Part shown: positions 40,948-49,552 of the stretch, piece after piece
Position numbering within the stretch: the stretch's first letter is position 1
How the letters are laid out: each line of letters opens with the position of its first letter
From: Flavobacterium sp. BFFFF2
GTDB taxonomy: Bacteria; Bacteroidota; Bacteroidia; Flavobacteriales; Flavobacteriaceae
Direction of reading: 5' to 3'
DNA: 64,000 bases
NCBI GenBank assembly: GCA_002256385.1
Contig: NKJD01000013.1
Coordinates: 5,021 to 69,020 of the forward strand
Position numbers and translations under genes: made by a program
The notes under the pieces: model-generated
What the model saw: only the letters and a program-made list of their open reading frames with translations
Told to the model about the DNA's origin: nothing
The model's database searches: none

Positions 40948-41538
40948 TTATTTTTGATTGCCGTAAATGGAAGAAGTGGTCCAATCACTGATTATTTTTT
41001 TGAATATCCAGCCTTGTTCTAATTGTTCAAACCAATAATAGCCGCTGCTGTTGTGTTCGCTGCTTTTAAATGAAGCTACCCGAACCAACACCTGATTGGT
41101 GCCAAAGTAAATGGGTTTGTTTACTATGAGTAACCGCTGAATGAGCGATCCTTTTTTTTCTGTTATGGAAATAAATTCTTCTTTTGATTTGCACCCATTT
41201 ATTTTGTTGGTCAACGACTTGCCTTCTTGTTCACAAATCCACGTCAATTCAGTGTTCCAATTTTCTGTTGAAGGTATTTTAAAAGCCGCCTTCAACTCTT
41301 TTTCAAAAGGTTTTAATTCTGGATTGTCCTTGATAACTTGCAGTATTTCAGGCGTATTGGGCGCTTTTTGACAATAAAAAAACAGCAATTGCATGCGGTT
41401 TTTTACAATGATTTTTTCAGGTTGGTAATTTTTTTTCAAAATATACCGCAACAAGCCAGCCTCTTTGGGTTCGCTGGATTGTCCATTAACCGCTAGGCAA
41501 AGCAAGAAACAAATCGAGAAAGTAATGAGAGGTTTCAA
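40948..41538 (-). CDS. hypothetical secreted protein
   Basis: 196-aa ORF with TTG start and signal peptide (AVNG-Q). No recognised family; inserted upstream of Nif3. Confidence 0.6.
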   Translation of the reverse strand: MKPLITFSICFLLCLAVNGQSSEPKEAGLLRYILKKNYQPEKIIVKNRMQLLFFYCQKAPNTPEILQVIKDNPELKPFEKELKAAFKIPSTENWNTELTWICEQEGKSLTNKINGCKSKEEFISITEKKGSLIQRLLIVNKPIYFGTNQVLVRVASFKSSEHNSSGYYWFEQLEQGWIFKKIISDWTTSSIYGNQK

Positions 41539-41577
41539 AAAATAGTTTTTTAGTTAAGGGGTAAAGGTAGTAATCAG

Positions 41578-41830
41578 AAGTCGAAAGTCGAAAGCCTAAA
41601 GTTGAAAGTCATTTGCTGCAAAAGGCAATAGCTTTTTTGTTTAAAGTTTAAAGTTTAAAGTTGTTTTTTTCTGTCTCACAATCTCACAATCTCAAATCTC
41701 AAATTCTTCAATCCTTCAATTTCCAAGCTACCCTAACCCATTTAGCTACGCTCCGTTCGCCCCATTTGTTCCAATGGGTCTCGGGTTCAAATTTCCAAAT
41801 TTCCAAATTCTTCAATTTTTTAATCTCTCA
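41578..41830. repeat. composite repeat: heptamer tracts (aaagtcg, aaagttt, tctcaca, atttcca) around a REP-like core
   Basis: Tandem 7-mers are visible directly. The core at 41740-41792 is the reverse complement of the element at 50952-51017. Confidence 0.8.
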
Positions 41831-41932
41831 AGTTGAAAGTCTTTTTCAATTTTATCATTCAATATATGGTGTGGTCTTATTTTCAGATAGCATCTAGTTA
41901 CAATCGAGTCTTATTTTGCTAAAATATTAACG

Positions 41933-42190
41933 TTACTCATAAATATCTTTTCTATGTCCGAGCGTTATAACATCTACAATAAGCTCTTTATCAATGATAT
42001 CGTAAATAACTCGGTAGTTTCCCGCCCGAATTCGAAATCCTTCTCTGCCTTTCAGTTTTTTGTAGCCCAAAGGACGTGGGTTTTCCTCCAATTTAGCAAT
42101 GGCAGCAATAATAGGTTCTGCAATAGTATCTGAGAGTTCGTCTAATTGTTTTTGCGCTTTTTTAGATAATAAAGCAGTATACTTAGTCAT
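41933..42190 (-). CDS. type II toxin, RelE/ParE (StbE-like) family
   Basis: 'KKAQKQLDEL...IAKLEENPRPLGYKKLKGREGFRIRAGNYRVIYDI...VITLGHRKDIY'. Confidence 0.93.
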   Translation of the reverse strand: MTKYTALLSKKAQKQLDELSDTIAEPIIAAIAKLEENPRPLGYKKLKGREGFRIRAGNYRVIYDIIDKELIVDVITLGHRKDIYE

Positions 42191-42389
42191 TTTTTGCTTT
42201 TCTGTTCTTTATATAATCAGAAAACAAAATACGCTCGCCTTGATCGCCTTTTTTAGCTTCGTCATAAAGTTTAATGTCTTCGAATTCGTCTAATTCTTCC
42301 ATTATGGAATCAAACTCGTTGGCAGGTAACACAACCAATGTTTTTTCACCATTGGAGTCATTGATGTATTGGGGATGTATACTAAGCAT
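42183..42389 (-). CDS. cognate antitoxin (acidic, 68 aa)
   Basis: Small acidic ORF immediately upstream of the toxin and overlapping its start by 8 nt. 'VVLPANEFDSIMEELDEFEDIKLYDEAK' resembles RelB/Phd-like antitoxins. Confidence 0.8.
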   Translation of the reverse strand: MLSIHPQYINDSNGEKTLVVLPANEFDSIMEELDEFEDIKLYDEAKKGDQGERILFSDYIKNRKAKND

Positions 42390-42539
42390 TGTCTAAATAA
42401 TTTAGGTTATTATATTCATAATGATCTATTCGCGATGGCAATTTATGATCAAATTTACACAAATGTAGATAAATATTTTTGACAAAAATTGGAGAGGTTA
42501 TTTCAAAATATCAATCAAACGGCGGCAATAGGCAATGGC

Positions 42540-42660
42540 CATTAAGCAATAGTTTTTTTGTTTAAAGTTTAAAGTTGTTTTTCCCCTCAATAAAAAAACC
42601 TCAAATTTTTCATTCTTTTCAACATTACAAACATTCAACATTACAAACATCTATTTTAAT
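42540..42660. repeat. short tandem repeat tracts in lpxK upstream region
   Basis: gcaatag-T7-gtttaaagtttaaagttg (direct repeat of 41625-41668) and 2x16-bp ttcaacattacaaaca at 42618-42649. Confidence 0.8.
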
Positions 42661-42686
42661 TACTTTTGAAATCTTATTTTAGTTAA

Positions 42687-43694
42687 ATGAAATGGCAACG
42701 CCTTTTGCTTCCTTTCGGGTTGCTTTATGGACTGATTACTTGGCTCAGAAACCAGTTTTACAATTGGGGCTGGTTGCATTCGCAGTCATTTGACGTGCCT
42801 GTTATTGCTATTGGCAACCTCAGTATGGGTGGAACAGGCAAAACACCGATGACCGAATACCTCATTCACTTGCTGCAAAACGACTTTAAAATTGCGGTGC
42901 TGAGCCGCGGATACCGCCGAACTTCTAAAGGTTTTGTGTTGGCAACCTCCCAATCAAAAGTGCATGAATTGGGCGATGAACCTTTTCAGATTTTCCGCAA
43001 ATTTCCTCAAATTCACTTAGCCGTTGATGCCGACCGCTGTCATGGCATTCAACAGCTGCTGACCTTGCCTGATGCGCCTACTTTGATTTTGCTGGACGAT
43101 GCATATCAGCACCGGGCTGTAAAGGCCAAAGCCTATGTTTTGCTCACAGCCTATGGCGATTTGTTTGCGGACGATGCGGTGGTGCCAGCTGGTAGCTTGC
43201 GCGAATTTTCTTTGGGAAAAAAGCGGGCGCAAGTGGTGGTGGTGACCAAATGTCCACCCAATTTGACCGAAAAAGAGCAACAGCAAATCATCGGTAAATT
43301 AGGTGTGGAAGTTCCCGTTTTCTTTAGTAAAATTGCTTTTTCAAATGAGGTGGTTTTTGAAAACGGAAACAAGGAATTGTCCGCCTTGAGTGAATTTCCT
43401 AAATTATTAGTGGCGGGCATTGCCAAACCACAAACCTTTTTTGATCACCTGAAGCAACCACACGACTTGTGCTTGACGTTTCCCGATCACCATACCTTCA
43501 CGGAGGATGAGATTAAGACATTTACCAATTACCTTTCCAATTCTTATGAGTACTTAATCACCACCGAAAAAGACGAAGTGCGACTCAAAGGGCTCATTCC
43601 AGCCCATCAATTGGGGTATTTGCCCGTTACTACTCAATTTGTGGCCCATGAAACGGCATTTCAACAATTGGTTCGTCGGTTGATAATTGATTAA
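42687..43694 (+). CDS. lpxK: tetraacyldisaccharide 4'-kinase
   Basis: 'IGNLSMGGTGKTPM', 'LSRGYRR', 'GDEP', 'LLDDAYQH', 'FPDHH', 'ITTEKD'. Confidence 0.96.
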   Translation: MKWQRLLLPFGLLYGLITWLRNQFYNWGWLHSQSFDVPVIAIGNLSMGGTGKTPMTEYLIHLLQNDFKIAVLSRGYRRTSKGFVLATSQSKVHELGDEPFQIFRKFPQIHLAVDADRCHGIQQLLTLPDAPTLILLDDAYQHRAVKAKAYVLLTAYGDLFADDAVVPAGSLREFSLGKKRAQVVVVTKCPPNLTEKEQQQIIGKLGVEVPVFFSKIAFSNEVVFENGNKELSALSEFPKLLVAGIAKPQTFFDHLKQPHDLCLTFPDHHTFTEDEIKTFTNYLSNSYEYLITTEKDEVRLKGLIPAHQLGYLPVTTQFVAHETAFQQLVRRLIID

Positions 43695-43800
43695 AATTAT
43701 AACAAATTTGAATTGTTTGCCATCACCTTGGCAAATGACCCCCATGCATTCATTTGATAGAAATTTTAGTGCGAACAATTGAACACAAGGCCGAAAATTG

Positions 43801-43808
43801 TATCTTTG
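43801..43808 (+). promoter_or_regulatory. -7 promoter element for PNP-ctlX
   Basis: TATCTTTG 119 nt upstream of the PNP ATG, implying a long leader. Confidence 0.6.
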
Positions 43809-43826
43809 TTAGCTTGACTTTTGCAT

Positions 43827-43917
43827 CGCTAAAATGCTTTTGTTGAAAGTTTGGCTCAATTAACAAATCATCGTGCTGAAAGGGAGTGTATTACATTTCT
43901 TTTCGGTTTTTTTAGCG
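43827..43917 (+). ncRNA. candidate structured cis-regulatory leader (three-way junction) of purine-nucleoside phosphorylase
   Basis: P1 CGCTAAAA/TTTTAGCG; P2 TTTGTTGA/TTAACAAA; P3 GAAAGGGAGTGT/ACATTTCTTTTC. No match to a riboswitch family that I recognise. Confidence 0.35.
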
Positions 43918-43927
43918 TCTAAAATTT

Positions 43928-44740
43928 ATGTGGGAACAAGTACAAGAAACCGTTGCCTATATTAAGCAACAGATATCAGTAACCCCCAAAACAGGGGTCA
44001 TTTTAGGATCAGGTTTGGGCGGATTTACCCAAGATCTCCAAATATTACATAGTATACCTTACAGTGATATTCCGCATTTTCCGGTGGTCACCGTGGAAGG
44101 GCATCAGGGCGAATTGGTATTTGGCACCATCGGAACGCAAGTGGTGGTGGCCATGAAAGGGCGGTTTCATTTTTATGAAGGCTATTCCATGCAAGAAGTG
44201 ACCTTTCCGGTTCGGGTGATGAAATATTTAGGCGTTGAAACCTTGGTCGTTTCCAATGCTTCGGGCGGGGTGAATGCATCCTACAAAGTGGGTTCCATTG
44301 TGCTCATCACCGATCATATTAATATGATGCCCGAGCATCCATTGCGCGGAAAGAACGACCTCCGATTTGGTCCCCGTTTCTTAAATATGAGTCAGCCATA
44401 TAGCGCTCGTTTAATAGAAAAAGCCCATGAGATTGCTGCCCAAAAAGGCATTACTTTGCAAGAAGGGGTATATATGGGGTTGCAAGGCCCCACTTTTGAA
44501 ACTTTGTCGGAATACCGCATGGTCAAAATTTTGGGTGCCGATTGCGTAGGCATGTCAACGGTGCCAGAAGTCATTGTGGCCCGCCACATGGACATGGAAG
44601 TGTTCGGAATTTCGGTAATTACCGATATGGGCGATGAAGAAAACATCGATGACGTGAACCACGAAGAAGTACTCAAAGCGGCCCAACAGGCCGAGCCGGT
44701 CGTTCGCGGCCTGATTCGCGAACTCATTTTACAATTATAA
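43928..44740 (+). CDS. punA: purine-nucleoside phosphorylase (trimeric type)
   Basis: 'GVILGSGLG', 'VEGHQG', 'MKGRFHFYEGY', 'SNASGG', 'GPTFET', 'VGMSTVPEV', 'VNHEEV'. Confidence 0.95.
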   Translation: MWEQVQETVAYIKQQISVTPKTGVILGSGLGGFTQDLQILHSIPYSDIPHFPVVTVEGHQGELVFGTIGTQVVVAMKGRFHFYEGYSMQEVTFPVRVMKYLGVETLVVSNASGGVNASYKVGSIVLITDHINMMPEHPLRGKNDLRFGPRFLNMSQPYSARLIEKAHEIAAQKGITLQEGVYMGLQGPTFETLSEYRMVKILGADCVGMSTVPEVIVARHMDMEVFGISVITDMGDEENIDDVNHEEVLKAAQQAEPVVRGLIRELILQL

Positions 44741-44770
44741 CCAATTAATGAATCTTTAACAACGTTCCAA

Positions 44771-45712
44771 ATGAACCAAACTACACAACACATTCTGATG
44801 ATTCGTCCAGTTTCGTTCCGCATGAACGAACAAACGGCCGTAAACAATTATTACCAAAAAGTACTCGACGCCATTGACCCTGCAACGGTTAATCAGCAAG
44901 CACAAGCCGAATTTGATGCCTTTGTGGCCAAATTGCGCAAAGTAGGGGTGCAAGTTATCGTGGTGGAAGACACCCTTGAACCTGACACGCCCGATAGCAT
45001 TTTTCCAAACAATTGGATTTCATTTCACGAAACGGGTGACATCGCCTTGTATCCCATGTTTGCCGAAAACCGCCGATTGGAGCGCCGCGAAGATATTTTC
45101 GAAGTGTTGGAGGAGGTGGGTTTTGAGATCCGCGATATAATGGATTATACGTCTGCCGAAGAAGATGCCATTTTTTTAGAAGGAACGGGCAGCATGGTAT
45201 TAGACCGTGAAAACGGCAAGGCCTATTGTGCCTTATCACCCAGAGCCGACGAAGAATTATTTATAGAATTTTGTGAAGACTTTGAGTTTACACCCGTTGT
45301 ATTTACGGCATTTCAGACGGTTGACGGCCAAAGAATGCCGATCTATCATACCAATGTGATGATGTGTGTGGGCGATACCTTTGCGGTGGTTTGCGCTGAT
45401 ACCATCGACGACAAACAAGAGCGTAAATTGTTGTTAGACAGCCTTCATGGCGACGACAAAGAAATCATCCTGATCACCGAAGACCAAGTAAATTGTTTTG
45501 CAGGAAATATGCTCGAAGTAAAAGGAGCCGATGATCGCCGCTATTTGGTCATGAGTGAGTCGGCCCATAAAGCATTAACCAAAAAACAAATTGAACGCCT
45601 CGAAGAGCACGTCACTATTTTGAGTGCCAATTTAGACACCATTGAAGCTTGTGGTGGTGGCAGTGCCCGCTGCATGATGGCTGAGGTATTTTTGCCACTT
45701 TTAGAAGAATAG
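44771..45712 (+). CDS. ctlX: citrulline utilization hydrolase CtlX (amidinotransferase superfamily)
   Basis: 'ILMIRPVSF', 'TPDSIFPNNW', 'YPMFAENRRLER', 'LEGTGSMVLDR', 'IYHTNVMM', 'GGGSARCMMAE'. Confidence 0.88.
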   Translation: MNQTTQHILMIRPVSFRMNEQTAVNNYYQKVLDAIDPATVNQQAQAEFDAFVAKLRKVGVQVIVVEDTLEPDTPDSIFPNNWISFHETGDIALYPMFAENRRLERREDIFEVLEEVGFEIRDIMDYTSAEEDAIFLEGTGSMVLDRENGKAYCALSPRADEELFIEFCEDFEFTPVVFTAFQTVDGQRMPIYHTNVMMCVGDTFAVVCADTIDDKQERKLLLDSLHGDDKEIILITEDQVNCFAGNMLEVKGADDRRYLVMSESAHKALTKKQIERLEEHVTILSANLDTIEACGGGSARCMMAEVFLPLLEE

Positions 45713-45742
45713 ATATTTTTCAGGCCATTTCTTTCCAATCAA

Positions 45743-45776
45743 ATCTCCTTCAGGTCAATGACTGAAGGAGGTTTTT
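45743..45776 (+). terminator. intrinsic terminator after ctlX
   Basis: CTCCTTCAG...CTGAAGGAG hairpin plus T run. Confidence 0.8.
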
Positions 45777-45866
45777 GTTTCGTGTAATTTCAGGCTTATT
45801 ATAATTTGGGTTTAAATTGAAACATTTTTTGAATTGCTTCGTATAATGTCAATGTAATCGGTTTTC

Positions 45867-46847
45867 ATGGCCAAAAAAGTAATGTACTATTTTGATACGG
45901 ACAGTTTGGCGTATCGCAAAATCAAACCTAAGTTTTCAAAGAAACTGGGAAGGTTGCTGTTGTTTTTAGTCGCAGCCATGTTGTTTGGCTTCTTGTGTTT
46001 TGTGGTGTTGTTAAACACCTCGTTTTTAGACACGCCCAAAGACCGTTTGCTGACCCGTGAAATGGAAGTCATGAAACTCAATTACGCTTTGTTGAACAAA
46101 AAAATGGATCAAATAGACGAAGTGCTCGAAGCCATTGAACAAAGAGACAATTCCGTGTATAGGGTCTATTTTAACACGGCACCCATTCCTGACGAACAGC
46201 GCAAAGCAGGTTTTGGCGGCATCAACAGATACCGTGAATTGAGTGGTTTTAATAATTCGGAACTCATCGAAAACACCAGCAAAAGGGTAGATGTGCTCAC
46301 CAAGCGCTTGGCGATACAGTCAAAATCATTGGATGAAATTATTAAATTGGCCAAAGAGAAAAACAAATTATTGGCTGCCATTCCCGCCATTCAACCCGTG
46401 AAAAATGAAAATTTAAAACACGTGGCTTCGGGGTTTGGCTACCGATCTGATCCGTTTACCAAAGTGCGCAAAATGCACGAGGGCATGGATTTTACGGCCA
46501 AAACAGGTACGCCCATTTTTGCCACTGGCGACGGCGTTGTTTCGAGGGCCGATAACAAAGTGTCAGGTTATGGCAACCACATTGTGGTTCGGCACGGTTT
46601 TGGGTATGAAACGTTATATGGCCACCTGAGTCAATACAAATGCCGCCCTGGTCAACGTGTGAAACGGGGCGATGTTATTGGCTTGGTAGGGAGCACGGGC
46701 CGCAGTGAGGCGCCACATTTGCATTATGAAGTGCACAAAGACGGCAAAGTGGTGAATCCGATTAATTTCTATTATGGCAATATTTCGGCAGCCGATTATG
46801 TCGCCATTTCAAAAGTAGCGAACCAAGAAAACCAATCATTAGACTAA
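45867..46847 (+). CDS. M23 family metallopeptidase
   Basis: 'IPAIQPV', 'FGYRSDP', HEGMD, 'GYGNHIVVRH', 'TLYGHL', 'PHLHYEV'. Confidence 0.94.
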   Translation: MAKKVMYYFDTDSLAYRKIKPKFSKKLGRLLLFLVAAMLFGFLCFVVLLNTSFLDTPKDRLLTREMEVMKLNYALLNKKMDQIDEVLEAIEQRDNSVYRVYFNTAPIPDEQRKAGFGGINRYRELSGFNNSELIENTSKRVDVLTKRLAIQSKSLDEIIKLAKEKNKLLAAIPAIQPVKNENLKHVASGFGYRSDPFTKVRKMHEGMDFTAKTGTPIFATGDGVVSRADNKVSGYGNHIVVRHGFGYETLYGHLSQYKCRPGQRVKRGDVIGLVGSTGRSEAPHLHYEVHKDGKVVNPINFYYGNISAADYVAISKVANQENQSLD

Positions 46848-47179
46848 TGCAAATTGAATTACCACCCGACAAACGTTATTACAGCATTGGCGAATTGGCC
46901 AAAGCATTTGATGTAAACGCCTCGCTCATTCGCTTTTGGGACAAAGAATTTGAAGTGCTGAAACCCAAGAAAAATGCCAAGGGAAACCGCTTGTTTACCC
47001 CAGAAGACGTGAAAACCTTCGAGGTGATTTATCATTTGGTGAAAGAACGTGGCTTCACCCTTGAAGGAGCCAAAGCGCACCTCAAGGAGGCCAACCACAA
47101 GCCCATGGATCAATATGAAATGATTGCCAAACTGACGGCCATTAAACAACAATTGAACGATTTAAAAAAGTATTTATAA
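46847..47179 (+). CDS. MerR family transcriptional regulator
   Basis: 'YYSIGELAKAFDVNASLIRFWDKEF...KGNRLFT'. TAATG overlap with the M23 gene. Confidence 0.9.
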   Translation: MQIELPPDKRYYSIGELAKAFDVNASLIRFWDKEFEVLKPKKNAKGNRLFTPEDVKTFEVIYHLVKERGFTLEGAKAHLKEANHKPMDQYEMIAKLTAIKQQLNDLKKYL

Positions 47180-47203
47180 CTCAACATTAAAACAGAAATA
47201 AAC

Positions 47204-47785
47204 ATGAAAAAGTACCTTCCATTAATTATTATTATCGGTGCAATCCTCCTTATTGGATTGTGGTTTATGAACATTAAAAATGGCGCCATCACCATTAACC
47301 AGGCTACCGAAAAAGAATGGGGCAATGTGGAAACGGCCTATCAACGCCGAAATGACCTGATTGGGAATTTGGTCAACACCGTAAAAGGCGTGGCCGATTT
47401 TGAAAAAAGTACGCTAACAGCAGTGGTAGAGGCCCGTTCCAAAGCGACTTCGGTTAATGTTGATGCAAAAAATTTAAATGCCAATGACATCAACCGATTC
47501 AATCAGGCGCAAACCGCTGTAAATAGCAGCTTGTCTCGTTTGTTGGTGTCCGTTGAGAAATACCCAGAATTGAAAGCGACTGAAAATTTCAAACAATTGC
47601 AAGACGAATTGGCTAGCACAGAGAATCAGATTTTAACGGCGCGAACCCGATTTAACGAGGCCGTTCAAGGTTATAATACGTACATCCTTAAAATACCAAA
47701 TAGTTGGTTTTTGGGTGAATACAAAACCAAATCGTTTTTTACATCAGTTGCTGGCGCCGACAAACCTGTCGAAGTTAAGTTCTAA
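47204..47785 (+). CDS. LemA family protein
   Basis: N-terminal TM, 'WGNVETAYQRRNDLI', 'VEKYPELKA', 'ENQILTARTRFNEAV'. Confidence 0.93.
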   Translation: MKKYLPLIIIIGAILLIGLWFMNIKNGAITINQATEKEWGNVETAYQRRNDLIGNLVNTVKGVADFEKSTLTAVVEARSKATSVNVDAKNLNANDINRFNQAQTAVNSSLSRLLVSVEKYPELKATENFKQLQDELASTENQILTARTRFNEAVQGYNTYILKIPNSWFLGEYKTKSFFTSVAGADKPVEVKF

Positions 47786-47794
47786 GACAGCACG

Positions 47795-48232
47795 ATGTCA
47801 GTAGAAATTTTAACAAAGGCGCAACAAGCAACAGTGGTGGCCGCTATTGAGGCTGCAGAACATCAAACGTCGGGTGAAATCCGCATTCACCTTGAAAAGA
47901 AATGTGCGGTGGAACCCATAGAACGTGCCCATCAATTGTTTCTCGAATTGGGGATGCAACAAACCCAAGCGCGCAACGGCGTATTGATCTACGTGGCCTA
48001 TGACGACCGAAAAATGGCCATTTGCGGTGACGAAGGCATTCATGCGGTGGTGGGTGATGGGTTTTGGCAGTCAACCTATGAATTGATGCGGAAACATTTT
48101 GCGCAAGATCAACTGTGCGAAGGCCTTATAGCCGGCGTGGATCAAGCAGGCCAACAACTAAAGAAATACTTTCCGTATCAGACCGACGATCAAAATGAGC
48201 TTCCAAACACCATATCTTTTGGCAATGAATAA
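47795..48232 (+). CDS. TPM domain-containing protein (short)
   Basis: 'AIEAAEHQTSGEIRIH', 'RNGVLIYVA...MAICGDEGI', 'DQNELPN'. Confidence 0.9.
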   Translation: MSVEILTKAQQATVVAAIEAAEHQTSGEIRIHLEKKCAVEPIERAHQLFLELGMQQTQARNGVLIYVAYDDRKMAICGDEGIHAVVGDGFWQSTYELMRKHFAQDQLCEGLIAGVDQAGQQLKKYFPYQTDDQNELPNTISFGNE

Positions 48233-49022
48233 TACAAAAAATTGGCTGCTGTGCCTATTGTTGGTTTTTACGGGTGTTCAGGCTCAATTTGAGATTCCAG
48301 AAAAGCCTAGTAGTCAAGCAAAGCAGACGGCTGTTTATGATTATGCTGACATTCTGACAGATGAGCAGGAGCTTCAACTCAAAGAAAAATTGGTGCATTA
48401 TGCCGATTCCACTTCCAATCAGATTGTCATTGCCACCATTCCTTCATTAGAGGGTGAAGCCATTTCTGAAGTTACCACCAATTGGGCCCAAAAATGGGGC
48501 ATTGGCCAAGCAGATAAGGACAATGGGATTTTTATTTTAATTGCTCCCAATGACCATAAATATTTTACGACGCCCGGGTACGGACTCGAAGATAAATTAA
48601 CTGCGGGTCGTTTGGGTCAATTGGGTAGGGAATTATTGGTGCCCGCTTTCAAAGAACAAGATTATTTCGGCGGACTAAATGTGTATACAGACGCCCTTAT
48701 TCAAATGATTGCTGGCAAATACAAGGAAGAACGCAAAAGAAGCGATTCCGATGATGATTCTAGTGCTATACCTGTACTTTTTCTGATCATTGTTTTTATC
48801 CTCATTCTTGTATTCCGCTCGAACAACCGCAACAACCGCGGTGGTCGTGGCGGTGGCGGCGGAATGGGTCTGGGTGAAGCCCTTATTTTAGGTAGTTTAC
48901 TCAGAGGAAACAGTGGTTGGGGCGGTGGCGGAAGCAGCGGCGGCGGCGGCTTTTCGGGAGGTTTCGGCGGCGGCTTTGGCGGCGGCGGCTTTTCGGGCGG
49001 CGGCGCAGGGGGAAGCTGGTAA
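48225..49022 (+). CDS. TPM domain-containing protein (YgcG-like) with Gly-rich tail
   Basis: 'VYDYADIL', 'QIVIATI', 'WGIGQADKDNG', 'GYGLE' and C-terminal GGGFSGGGAGGSW. Start ATG 48225. Confidence 0.92.
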   Translation: MNNTKNWLLCLLLVFTGVQAQFEIPEKPSSQAKQTAVYDYADILTDEQELQLKEKLVHYADSTSNQIVIATIPSLEGEAISEVTTNWAQKWGIGQADKDNGIFILIAPNDHKYFTTPGYGLEDKLTAGRLGQLGRELLVPAFKEQDYFGGLNVYTDALIQMIAGKYKEERKRSDSDDDSSAIPVLFLIIVFILILVFRSNNRNNRGGRGGGGGMGLGEALILGSLLRGNSGWGGGGSSGGGGFSGGFGGGFGGGGFSGGGAGGSW

Positions 49023-49131
49023 AATTTCGACCCGAGGGCCAAAGGCACGAACGGAGCGAAGCTATTTTTGAATGATAAATTTTGAATTGTCTTGTTTCTT
49101 TGTTGTTTCAATCCAAGAAATAAGCTTTGTG

Positions 49132-49180
49132 AATCAAGAGCAATTTTATTTAAAATTAAAATTGTTCTTGATTTTTTTTT
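49132..49180 (+). terminator. intrinsic terminator of M23-merR-lemA-TPM operon
   Basis: 17-bp stem AATCAAGAGCAATTTTA / TAAAATTGTTCTTGATT followed by a T run. Confidence 0.7.
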
Positions 49181-49241
49181 ATCGTAACCTTTCAATTATA
49201 AAAATAGTAAAATGCTGTATATTAGCATCTTAATGCTTTCC

Positions 49242-49469
49242 GCTAAGATAACTTGCGTTTCAAACGCTCCGCTATACACTCGAAAGAAAGTAGGTACTCG
49301 TTAAAAACGAGCACCAGAGGTTTTTTTACTATAACCGTTGAACTTTAAAAAAAAAGTAAACTACTGGATGTTAACTTCTTAAGACATTCTGCTAAAATAA
49401 CTCGCATTTCAAACGCGCTGTTGTACTCTCGGAAGGAAGAAAGTACTCGCCAATAACGAGCACCAAAGG
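49242..49469. repeat. two ungapped 79-bp direct repeats (63/79 identical), each with two REP-like hairpins
   Basis: Copies at 49242-49320 and 49391-49469. Hairpins GCGTTT-C-AAACGC and CTCGTT-AAA-AACGAG. Confidence 0.8.
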
Positions 49470-49552
49470 GTTGGGTAAAGAGGCAAGAGAAAAGAGGCAA
49501 GAGAAAACTTGCGAGTACAAAGTGTCTGTGTTCATTGGGGTTGTTCGGCAAA

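Noticed and set aside
41661-41897. 78-aa ORF in the repeat region
   Set aside because: It is a translation of heptamer tracts (SQSHNLKSQILQSFNFQ) and not a credible gene.
41880-42540. Integron cassette (attC sites) around the TA pair
   Set aside because: I found no convincing RYYYAAC...GTTRRRY paired cores and no integron integrase in the window.
43827-43917. Canonical guanine/adenine riboswitch
   Set aside because: The three-way topology fits, but the conserved junction and kissing-loop nucleotides are missing. Kept only as an unclassified candidate.
48701-49195. Pro-rich antisense ORF
   Set aside because: It is the shadow of the Gly-rich TPM tail. Likewise 28342-28560 mirrors the helicase repeats.
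49242-49469. DGR template/variable repeat pair
   Set aside because: Mismatches are not adenine-specific, neither copy is in a target gene, and no reverse transcriptase is present.
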